From: Clostridiales bacterium | Lineage (GTDB): Bacteria > Bacillota > Clostridia > Christensenellales > Aristaeellaceae | Length of the DNA stretch: 64,000 nucleotides | Assembly: GCA_015056055.1 (NCBI GenBank) | Contig: SVHC01000010.1 | Span: 4,385-68,384 of the forward strand | Direction of reading: 5' to 3' | Part shown: positions 1 through 7,582 of the stretch, one piece after another | Position numbering within the stretch: the first letter of the stretch is position 1 | Layout of the letters: every line of letters starts with the position of its first letter | Translations under genes and position numbers: made by a program | The notes under the pieces: generated by a model | Told to the model about the DNA's origin: nothing | Seen by the model: the letters and a program-made list of their open reading frames with translations, nothing else | The model's database searches: none

Positions 1-1838
1 TTGCGGCTCTGGCTGAAGGTGACCTTCAAGACGGCGATATCCTCGCTGGCGGCATATCCGCCGGTGGCGTAGTCGATCAGCTCCTTGGCCTTGTCTCCGT
101 AGACGGTTTTCAGGAAGTTCTCATCGCCGGGATAGACGTTCATGGTTTTGTAGCTGTTTCGTCCGGTTGCAGGATCTTCGATGTTGAACTGAAGCGAGAA
201 CAGAGGATCCTGCTGCTTTTCAGCAAAGGTGCGCACGAGAATATCCTGCTTGATGGCAGCCAGCCATTCGCGGATGGTAAACAGAGCGTCCTTGCTGTCC
301 AGATTCATATAGTCGGAATGAATGCCGAACTTCTGATAGGTTTCTTCGCTGCTGCGCAGTGCGCTGACCCTGCTGTTGAGGTAGAGGTACTTCACATTGT
401 CGGTATCCAGCGCAAATTCGCTGATCAGGCTCTGCCGGTAATCGTCGCTTTCAATGATGCGCTTCAGTATGCCCTGCGCGCCGTTTCGGATTTCCGCATT
501 GGGATAGCGGCGGTGCACCGTGCGGTTTCCGAAACGGTAGGTGACAACCACGGAACTGGAGTCAGCGTAGGAAGCTCTGACGCCGTTTGGATAACCGTCA
601 ACCTCGTCGCGCATGAGGGTGCACCACTCGTAGGCTGCGTCAAGCGCATCGGCTCTGGTCAGGGTGATATATTCGTCATTATGATAATTCTGGGGACGAT
701 AGGAGATGGATGTGAGGCTGTCGCGCTCCGGCATGAAATGATCGTATCCGAAAGCGTCGGTATGAAGCGCATACACGCCGCCAACCAGCACCAGCGCGGC
801 GAGCGCCGGCAGATAGCACTGCTTCAGGATGCCGCAGAAACGCTGATTGAACAGAATCCGGCACACCCAGTAGGTAAGCGCCGCGCCCAGAACCATGCCC
901 AAAACAAGGCTGATTTCCGTAACAAAGGACATCTGCACAATCACGCCCAGCAGGCTGCCGCCCATCAGCGGGAGAAGAAAGCCCATCACCGTATGCAGCC
1001 AGCCGAATGCAAGCGTGTGTTCGTTGGCTTCGGTTCTGCGTACGCGGCAGAGCAGATAGCTCAGGCCAAGCGCCGCGAGGATGGCCAGAACGCCGGGCAG
1101 CCACACAAACTCAGCGGGGCGGTAGAAGCCCTTGTAGAGCGAGAAAGTGGGGAAGAAGGACCGCAGCATCGTATCGAAGCCGGTGCTGACCTTGGTGTCC
1201 AGATAAAGCTTGGCAAGGTTGTTCCACAGAAACGCCATGCCCTCCGCGCCAACCACCAGCACCAGTCCGGCCAGAATGGCCGCCCAGTAGGTTCCGGTCA
1301 GAACGCTGCAAAGCATGCCCATGGCGAAGCCGTAGAGGTTGATGAGCAGCAGCATGCCGAACTTGGGCATCAGCACGCTCCAGTCCACAAAGCCCATCAG
1401 ACCGTTGGCAGCCACGATCACCAGATAGATCAGGAAGTTCAGCACAATCGGCACGACGCACAGCAGCGCGTAGGCAATCAGGCGGCGGAGGAAATCCGTT
1501 TCGCGCCTGTCCGGCAGCGCGGCGTGGAGCAGTCCCTGCCTGCGGCTGAACAGATGGCGCATCAGCATCATGGCGGTCAGGAAGCCCAATCCGCCGTAAA
1601 CTGCCGTCATCAGTTCCAGATTCAGCGGGTCGGTCATGGGGCTGACGGAAACCAGCGAGGTCATGCTGCGGGAATAATCTTCATAGGGCATGGCCTCGGT
1701 GTATACCTCCTTCTGGAGCGGAATGTGGGAAAGGCCCCAGAACGGAAGGATGAAAAAGACAACCGCAAAAACGATAACGCCGATAAACAGATTGCGTTTT
1801 AATAAAAAACGGGTAGCATTCCGGTTAGTGCTGCGCAT
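1..1838 (-). CDS. multi-pass membrane protein, probable permease partner of the adjacent ABC ATPase; C-terminus lies beyond the window start
   Basis: Not in the ORF track because there is no stop inside the window. My own minus-strand translation from ATG 1838-1836 (overlaps the ATPase stop by 14 nt) stays open to nt 3. It reads MRSTNRNATRFLLKRNLFIGVIVFAVVFFILPFW..., has several hydrophobic helices (LLCVVPIVLNFLIYLVIVAANGLMGF, WAAILAGLVLVVGAEG, LPGVLAILAALGLSYLL), then a soluble part ending ...DYATGGYAASEDIAVLKVTFSQSR. The 494-aa + ORF 318..1802 is its antisense shadow. Confidence 0.6.
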   Translation of the reverse strand, partial: MRSTNRNATRFLLKRNLFIGVIVFAVVFFILPFWGLSHIPLQKEVYTEAMPYEDYSRSMTSLVSVSPMTDPLNLELMTAVYGGLGFLTAMMLMRHLFSRRQGLLHAALPDRRETDFLRRLIAYALLCVVPIVLNFLIYLVIVAANGLMGFVDWSVLMPKFGMLLLINLYGFAMGMLCSVLTGTYWAAILAGLVLVVGAEGMAFLWNNLAKLYLDTKVSTGFDTMLRSFFPTFSLYKGFYRPAEFVWLPGVLAILAALGLSYLLCRVRRTEANEHTLAFGWLHTVMGFLLPLMGGSLLGVIVQMSFVTEISLVLGMVLGAALTYWVCRILFNQRFCGILKQCYLPALAALVLVGGVYALHTDAFGYDHFMPERDSLTSISYRPQNYHNDEYITLTRADALDAAYEWCTLMRDEVDGYPNGVRASYADSSSVVVTYRFGNRTVHRRYPNAEIRNGAQGILKRIIESDDYRQSLISEFALDTDNVKYLYLNSRVSALRSSEETYQKFGIHSDYMNLDSKDALFTIREWLAAIKQDILVRTFAEKQQDPLFSLQFNIEDPATGRNSYKTMNVYPGDENFLKTVYGDKAKELIDYATGGYAASEDIAVLKVTFSQSR

Positions 1839-2712
1839 ATCCACGATCCTCCATTTCCAGAATGAAGATCTCTTCCAGAGAGAGCGGCAGGAATTCCATA
1901 AAGAGCGGATTGAGCGAAGCGAGCTTCTGTTCCAGCTGTGCTTTATCGCCGCGCAGGGTGAGCATGCACAGCCTGCCCTGACGCTGCAGCCGCAGGGGAT
2001 GGAAGGGCGCAAAGGTGTCGTCGCTGACCTCCGCCTCCGGGATGAGCTGTACGCGATGCACATCGCCCAGCATGGAATCCAGATCGCCGGAGCATACCAG
2101 TCGGCCTTCATGCAGGAAACCCACGCTGTCGCAGATATCCTCCATTTCCTGCTGGTTATGACCGGCCAGAACCGTGATCAGTCCGCGGTCGATGGTTTCC
2201 TGACTGAGCACGCGCTTGAAGCTGTCGCGCATCACGGGATCGAGGCCGTCAAAGGTTTCGTCGCACAGAAGCACGCGGGGATTGAGCGAAAGCCCAAGGC
2301 AAATCTGCGCGCGCTTCTGCGTGCCCTTCGAAAAGCCGGTAATGCGCTCGTTCATCGGAAGCGTGAAGCGCAGGCAGAGATCGCGCAGCTTTGCTGCGTC
2401 AAAATATGGATAATAGGCCGCCTGCATGCGTCCCATCTCGGCGATGGTGGCATTGGGCAGGAAGGTGGGTTCATCGCTGAGATAGCAGATTTTCTGCTTC
2501 GCGTCCGGATTTTCAAATACAGGCGCATCGTCCAGCAATACGCTGCCCTGATCCGCGCGCAGAATGCCGCTCATCACGCGCAGCAGGGTGGATTTGCCCG
2601 CGCCGTTGGTGCCGAGCATGCCGAAAATATGGCCTTCCTCCAGCTTCAGGGAAAGATCGGCAAGAGCCTGCTTCTTTCCAAAATTCTTTTCAATCTGACT
2701 GACGGTTAACAT
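1825..2712 (-). CDS. ABC transporter ATP-binding protein
   Basis: Walker A GTNGAGKST, signature-like FSKGTQKR, Walker B LLCDETFDGLD. The ATG overlaps the stop of the upstream GntR gene (ATGTTAA). Confidence 0.9.
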   Translation of the reverse strand: MLTVSQIEKNFGKKQALADLSLKLEEGHIFGMLGTNGAGKSTLLRVMSGILRADQGSVLLDDAPVFENPDAKQKICYLSDEPTFLPNATIAEMGRMQAAYYPYFDAAKLRDLCLRFTLPMNERITGFSKGTQKRAQICLGLSLNPRVLLCDETFDGLDPVMRDSFKRVLSQETIDRGLITVLAGHNQQEMEDICDSVGFLHEGRLVCSGDLDSMLGDVHRVQLIPEAEVSDDTFAPFHPLRLQRQGRLCMLTLRGDKAQLEQKLASLNPLFMEFLPLSLEEIFILEMEDRGYAQH

Positions 2713-3083
2713 ACGTCTCCCTCCTCATAGGCTTGTTCAACGAGGCTGGCGACCGCTTCTTTGGACAGCCCCAGCTCGCGGCAGGCGCGGAGCGTTTCGA
2801 GCGTCTGTTTCAGCTGATCCGCGCGCTGCTTTTCCAGCATGCCCGCCAGATCTTCGCTCACAAAGCTGCCCCGGCCGGGCACGGACACGATCATCCCTTC
2901 ATCCTCCATACGGCGGTAGGCTTTCTGGATGGTGTTGGGGTTGATGCCGAGCTCCGTGGCCAGCTGCCGCACAGACGGCATGGCCTCGCCTGCCTTCACT
3001 ACGCCCAGAACCAGCTGTCTGCGCAGCTGCTCCACGAGCTGTTCATACAGAGGCTGCTTGCTCTTGGGGTTGACAAGGAACAT
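2706..3083 (-). CDS. GntR-family transcriptional regulator, YtrA-like short subfamily
   Basis: Winged-HTH stretch LPSVRQLATELGINPNTIQKAYRRMEDEGMIVSVPGRGSFV with only a short C-terminal helical tail. The track ORF (to 3302) is over-extended. AGGAGG at 3090-3097 fits ATG 3083 (MFLVNPK) or 3089 (MPMFLV). Confidence 0.85.
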   Translation of the reverse strand: MFLVNPKSKQPLYEQLVEQLRRQLVLGVVKAGEAMPSVRQLATELGINPNTIQKAYRRMEDEGMIVSVPGRGSFVSEDLAGMLEKQRADQLKQTLETLRACRELGLSKEAVASLVEQAYEEGDVC

Positions 3084-3105
3084 AGGCATTCCTCCTTCTT
3101 GGATT

Positions 3106-3132
3106 AACTGTACTAGTACGAGTAATACAGTT
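3106..3132. promoter_or_regulatory. candidate YtrA-type operator: perfect inverted repeat AACTGTA-N13-TACAGTT
   Basis: Arms at 3106-3112 and 3126-3132 with a 13-nt spacer. It sits between the -10 box and the RBS of the GntR-ABC operon. Confidence 0.55.
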
Positions 3133-3135
3133 GTG

Positions 3136-3164
3136 ATTATATACAGGCGAAAAGCATTTGTCAA
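3136..3164 (-). promoter_or_regulatory. sigma-A type promoter of the GntR-ABC-permease operon
   Basis: Minus strand reads TTGACA (3164-3159), a 17-nt spacer, then TATAAT (3141-3136). Confidence 0.7.
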
Positions 3165-3460
3165 CGAATTGGAAGAAAAGTTCCAACTTGTAACAGCGCA
3201 GAGAGGGAACCGGTTCGATCTCTGAATATGGAAACGAATGGAATGGCCTTTTTCTTCCGGCCTTCGGGCAAAAACATTGTGTCCGACGTTTTTATAGAAC
3301 AATCGCTTCAGAATGGTCGATTCAAATTCCAGATGAGCTTGCCAAGGGTTAGAACGAAGACAATGGAAATGCCCTTGAAGCTTTCATTTCAAGGGCGTTT
3401 TGTAAATTGGCAGCTCATGCGGAAAAGCTGATTAAACTTGCTTCTGAGGTAAAAAACTTT

Positions 3461-4918
3461 TTATTCCGCATAATACTGCGCTTGGAGACCGTACAGTTCT
3501 GCATACTGCGCATGTTGAGCCATTAACGTATCATGGGAGCCGTATTCAGCCAAGCATCCCTGATGCAATACGGCGATCTGGTCACAGAATCTGCACGCCG
3601 ACAATCTGTGAGAAATATAGATTGCCGTCTTGCTGCCGATAAGAGCATCAAAGCTTCGATACAATTCATATTCTGCTCGCGGATCCATAGCTGCCGTAGG
3701 TTCGTCCAAGATGATTATTGGAGCCTGTTTACACAGTGCACGTGCGAGCGCAATCTTCTGCGCCTCACCGCCAGAGGGCTCAAAGCCATGTTCCTCAAAC
3801 CTTCGTCCAACAATGGAATCTATCCCATGGGGTAAGGCTGCGGCTTTTGAGTCCAAGCCTACCTGTTCGATCATTCTAGCGAGTTTTTCATTATCCATGC
3901 TTCTTCCAAGAAGAATATTTTCACGGATCGAACAGTCAAACAGCTGAAAATCCTGAAAAACAGTAGAGAATTGTGCAAGGTACTGATCGTAGTCATATTC
4001 CTGAATATCAATGCCGTCCATCAGAATGGTGCCCTCGGTGGGAACATAGAGACGGCACAGCAATTTGATCAGCGTTGATTTGCCAGACCCATTCTCACCA
4101 ACCAGAGCCAAACGCTGGCCGGGTTCGATCATCAAATCGATATGTCGAAGCGCCCAGTTTTCAGCGCCCGGATAGCAAAAGCCGACATTACGGAATTCGA
4201 TACGGTGTTCCTTGTGTAAATTCAGCGATAGCTTCCCAGTACGAAGCAGTTGGGGAATGTGCAGGTATTCATTCAAATGTGCGTAATAGAAGTCATACGC
4301 TCGTATTTCAGTCAGCCGATCCATTAGGCTGCGCATAGCCGCTGAGAAGGAAGTTACGGCACTGATGCACATTGTAAAAGAACCGATGCTCAAACTGCCG
4401 GAAATCACTTTGAGAATCAGCACGCCATAGCATACACTTTGCTGGAGAAAAGTAAGCCCTGCACGTTTGATTCCTGAAGCAATATAGCAGTTGTTTTGTC
4501 GTCTGATGCTGTCGTTGGCTTTGGCAGCCACCTGTTTTTCACGTTCAAGCAGCCATGATACCATTCCATTTATGCGGATTTCTTTGCCATATTGTGCCTG
4601 TTCAAATAATTCTGCATAGTATACCCAGCGGCGACTGTTCTGAACAACCTCCATGGACAGCGACATGGATTTTTTCATCGCTTTACTTTCTATCAGAGAA
4701 GCAACAATTGCCAGACTGGCAAAAAGGAGAATAAACCCCAATTCCATGGTGCTGAGAATAGCAAGCAGCCCGACGATGGCAATCGCCTGTCCGAGAATGT
4801 TGGCGCCGCAATCCAGCAGATTTCCTACACCTCTTTCTACACCAACTACACACTTCCTACACCTTTTTTCTCCCTGGAACAGAAACCAAATTCGCACAGC
4901 TGGCTTTTCTTCTTCCAT
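3461..4918 (-). pseudogene. 5'-truncated ABC exporter (fused TMD-NBD type); first ~90-100 aa (TM1-2) missing
   Basis: C-terminal NBD is intact: Walker A GENGSGKST at about aa 275-282, signature PSGGEAQK, Walker B IIILDEPTAAMD. Full-length exporters of this type usually carry Walker A near aa 370. The first ~30 aa of the ORF (MEEEKPAVRIWFLFQGEKRCRKCVVGVERGVG) are translated from the CTACACC repeat block rather than from a TM helix. The region is visibly AT-richer than its neighbours. Confidence 0.65.
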
Positions 4919-5141
4919 TGATGTAGTTTTCAGGTGTAGTTGGTGTAGTTTCGGGTGTAGGTTTGGTGTAGGTACTTAATGGCGAAAACCCTTACAGGAC
5001 AGGCGTTTTCAGCGTTTGGTGTAGTTTGTGTAGGTTTTTATATTTCTGAGGGAAAAATGAAAAATACAGAAATACAGTATGCAGAAAAAGGTAAAATACA
5101 TAAATCATATTGGAGTTGAAATAACCTACACAAACTACACC
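4825..5141. repeat. array of at least 12 GGTGTAG / CTACACC heptamers in three orientation blocks, including a perfect 19-bp inverted repeat
   Basis: CTACAC(C/A) at 4825, 4837, 4846 and 4857. (G)GTGTAG at 4921, 4933, 4942, 4954, 4965, 5018 and 5027. Two CTACAC units lie within 5123-5141. GGTGTAGTTTGTGTAGGTT (5018-5036) is the exact reverse complement of 5123-5141, with an 86-bp AT-rich spacer. Confidence 0.8.
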
Positions 5142-5782
5142 TGCTGCATTTTCACTGCATAAATACTGTGCATACAACGCATTTCTATGTGTTTGCTGAA
5201 ATACGCAGGATAAATATAAAACCGTCTTTCTGTGCCGTAAAGTGCCCGCCGCAAAATATGCTTTCACTCTACCCCAAATTCTTGCCGGGATTCTGAAACA
5301 GCTCGCCACGCTTTCAAATATAGAACGGCTGCCTATTTCTCATCCACGTTATAGCTTCACCGCGCCGGTGTTCTTATATGGTCGATCTGTAATACTTCGA
5401 AAAGCCTTTTCTCCGATGTGGCCAAATGGCCACATCGGGAGGCCATATTATTTTCATGTGGTAATGGCAGTCTCCAAAATATATTTGTAGAAAGGAAATT
5501 ACTCACCAGAAACAAAATGAGTTTTCATTAGGCTTCGGGCTGAACCACACTTCTTCCAGAATTCTGGTAGAAGGTAAATATAGCATGCGGTTATTTGGAG
5601 TGAGTGAGGAATATAACTCTCAGTTTCTTATCAGCATTATATCATGAAAACATGGAATCCGAAAGAGTTGAATACTTCGGACGTTTCTTTTAACCCGTGA
5701 CGTTTTCTTTAAATCGTCCAAAGTCGGGCGCATTTTTGCTTATTTAGCTTCGAAATATCATAAAAAGTTCCCCAGAACAAAA

Positions 5783-5819
5783 GAAAAAAGGCTGGACAGG
5801 GACAATCCCCATCCAGCCA
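5783..5819 (-). terminator. rho-independent terminator (second one downstream of tRNA-Trp 1)
   Basis: Minus strand reads GGCTGGATGGGGATTGTCCCTGTCCAGCC followed by TTTTTTCTTTTG. Confidence 0.6.
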
Positions 5820-5908
5820 AATGACGCCGCATATCCGATTTCTTGCGTCCAACAGGGTGATTTTGTCGCTATAGCCCTATATTTTGACGCTTTATCAGTC
5901 TATAAGTG

Positions 5909-5950
5909 CAAAAATAATCACCCATGCTTTGTATCAAAACATGAGTGATT
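5909..5950 (-). terminator. rho-independent terminator of tRNA-Trp 1
   Basis: Minus strand reads AATCACTCATG-loop-CATGGGTGATT followed by ATTTTTG, starting 4 nt after the tRNA CCA end. Confidence 0.65.
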
Positions 5951-5953
5951 AGG

Positions 5954-6027
5954 TGGCAGGGGCAGAAGGACTCGAACCCTCAACAAAGGTTTTGGAGACC
6001 CACGTGTTACCATTACACCATGCCCCT
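5954..6027 (-). tRNA. trnW: tRNA-Trp (anticodon CCA), CCA end encoded
   Basis: Minus strand reads AGGGGCATGGTGTAATGGTAACACGTGGGTCTCCAAAACCTTTGTTGAGGGTTCGAGTCCTTCTGCCCCTGCCA. It folds with a 7-bp acceptor AGGGGCA/TGCCCCT, D stem GTGT/ACAC, anticodon loop CU-CCA-AA, and T arm GAGGG-TTCGAGT-CCTTC. Confidence 0.9.
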
Positions 6028-6048
6028 ATGTTCTTGCGAACAATTGGC

Positions 6049-6077
6049 ATTATAACTGAAAGTGAAGTGAATGTCAA
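6049..6077 (-). promoter_or_regulatory. sigma-A promoter of tRNA-Trp 1
   Basis: Minus strand reads TTGACA (6077-6072), a 17-nt spacer, then TATAAT (6054-6049). The -10 box ends 22 nt before the mature 5' end. Confidence 0.75.
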
Positions 6078-6137
6078 TACTTTTGTGAAAGAAATTTTTA
6101 GGAATACATAGTTTTTTGTGTGCAACGCAATTTGCTG

Positions 6138-6175
6138 TATAAAAGCACCATCCGGGAATAATTCCGGGATGGTGC
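6138..6175 (-). terminator. rho-independent terminator downstream of the small ORF 6287..6490
   Basis: GCACCATCCGGGAAT / ATTCCGGGATGGTGC hairpin at 6145-6175 with one central mismatch, followed on the minus strand by TTTTATA. Confidence 0.55.
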
Positions 6176-6286
6176 GAAACTCAATTGGTTATACTGCTGA
6201 ATTTGTTCAAATCAAACGAGCAACACAGTCATACATCAAGAGTGGAGAAGGAGAGATGCAGATAATGTGATCGTTTTATGGATGAT

Positions 6287-6490
6287 TTAGTGTACGCCTG
6301 TGCCGCTTCCGTCAAACAGCTGCCTGCAGGAATTGTAGAACTTTGAAGCTCCCTGAAAGCCAAGGGTGGAGCGTTCTCTTTTTTGCTTTGCGTTGCGCTC
6401 TCTTACGATTTCGGGATTTTCTACAGGCTTTTTCTTGCGAAGTGAATTCCACTTCTGCGCAATGAAATGAAGGAAATTTGTGTTTTTCAT
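6287..6490 (-). CDS. small basic hypothetical protein (67 aa)
   Basis: MKNTNFLHFIAQKWNSLRKKKPVENPEIVRERNAKQKRERS... GAGGAG RBS 8 nt upstream of ATG 6490. A plausible promoter lies upstream and a terminator downstream. No recognisable domain. Confidence 0.35.
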   Translation of the reverse strand: MKNTNFLHFIAQKWNSLRKKKPVENPEIVRERNAKQKRERSTLGFQGASKFYNSCRQLFDGSGTGVH

Positions 6491-6618
6491 GACATTCACT
6501 CCTCTCTTTACACTAATATAGTACTATAAAACTAGGCGAAAAGTCAATTGACAGTATGAATAAAGTTAAGAAAAGAATTTTGGGAGCGTGCAACTGAGAA
6601 AGACGGAAGAAAAAGGTG

Positions 6619-6647
6619 TTGACATTCGCAAAAGAAAAGATTAAACT
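6619..6647 (+). promoter_or_regulatory. sigma-A type promoter of the phosphodiesterase-family gene
   Basis: TTGACA (6619-6624), a 17-nt spacer, then TAAACT (6642-6647). Confidence 0.55.
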
Positions 6648-6700
6648 TGCGGTATGGGTAAAGTTTGCATAGCACAGAAGTGCGATTTTATGGAGGAAAG

Positions 6701-7477
6701 ATGTGTATGTGTAAGGTTCAGCTTATACTGGTAGACGGAATGCGTCCCGATGCTTTGGCTGCCTGCAAAAATCCGTATGTGAATGAGTTACTGGAAAACA
6801 GCCTTTATACCCTGAAGGCGCAGACGGTTATGCCGTCTGTTACGCTGCCGTGCCATATGTCGCTGTTTCATTCGGTAGAGCCCGGTCGCCATGGTATTAC
6901 CACCAATACCTATATGCCGATGGCGCGTCCGGTCGATGGTATTTGCGAACGAGTCCGAAAAGGTGGAAAGAAACCCGGACTGTACTATAACTGGGAAGAG
7001 CTAAAGGATCTTGCTCGTCCGGACAGCCTTGCTAACTCCGTTTACTATTCCGGCCATTGCTACGGTTATGCAGCAGCCAATCCGTATGTTGCAAACGAAG
7101 CCATTCGCGCGATAAATGAACTTGGGCTGGATTTCACATTCACCTATTTTGGATGGAGCGATGAGGCGGGTCACAATTTCGGCTGGATGGGTGAGGAATA
7201 TCTGCATGCGGTTCACGAGTCCTGGAATTGCATTCGCAAAATGGTTGAGAGTGCACCGGAGGACTGCATCACCATTATCACTGCGGATCACGGCGGTCAT
7301 GACCGTGCACACGGCACGGATATGCCGGAGGATATGCTGATTCCTGTGATTTTGCACGGAAAGGGATTAAAGGGTGAACTGGAAGGCGATGTTTCTATCA
7401 TGGACATTGCTCCGACAATTGTGAAGCTTCTGGGCTGCGAATGCGCGCCCGAATGGGAAGGCAAAAGCCTGCTGTAA
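6701..7477 (+). CDS. alkaline-phosphatase superfamily protein (type I phosphodiesterase / nucleotide pyrophosphatase-like)
   Basis: LILVDGMRPDAL, MPSVTLPCHMSLFHSVEPGRHGI and ITADHGGHD metal-ligand motifs. GGAGGA RBS before ATG 6701; the track start 6665 is a TTG extension. Confidence 0.7.
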   Translation: MCMCKVQLILVDGMRPDALAACKNPYVNELLENSLYTLKAQTVMPSVTLPCHMSLFHSVEPGRHGITTNTYMPMARPVDGICERVRKGGKKPGLYYNWEELKDLARPDSLANSVYYSGHCYGYAAANPYVANEAIRAINELGLDFTFTYFGWSDEAGHNFGWMGEEYLHAVHESWNCIRKMVESAPEDCITIITADHGGHDRAHGTDMPEDMLIPVILHGKGLKGELEGDVSIMDIAPTIVKLLGCECAPEWEGKSLL

Positions 7478-7493
7478 TATAAGAATCAATAGA

Positions 7494-7532
7494 AAGCGTC
7501 TGCACCAAAGTCCGGTGCAGACGCTTTTGCTT
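7494..7532. terminator. bidirectional rho-independent terminator between convergent genes
   Basis: AGCGTCTGCACC-aaagtcc-GGTGCAGACGCT, flanked by an A-run upstream and TTTTGCTT downstream. Confidence 0.75.
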
Positions 7533-7582
7533 GAAACGACAAGAATAGCGGATGGGCGCAAGAATCCGATATTCATCAGGAA

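Noticed and set aside
318-1802. 494-aa + strand ORF at the window start
   Set aside because: Its His/Gln/Ala/Arg-rich composition has no motifs and no RBS. The opposite strand translates into a coherent multi-TM protein that is translationally coupled to the ABC ATPase, so this ORF is an antisense shadow.
2706-3302. 198-aa version of the GntR ORF
   Set aside because: The upstream 70 codons run through the promoter and operator and are preceded by no RBS. AGGAGG sits directly before the internal Met codons at 3089/3083.
4992-5490. ORFs 4992..5309 (-) and 5242..5490 (+) in the AT-rich region
   Set aside because: They have no RBS and low-complexity or odd composition. They overlap each other and the heptamer/palindrome structures. 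I looked for integrase-like R...HxxR...Y remnants and saw none convincing.
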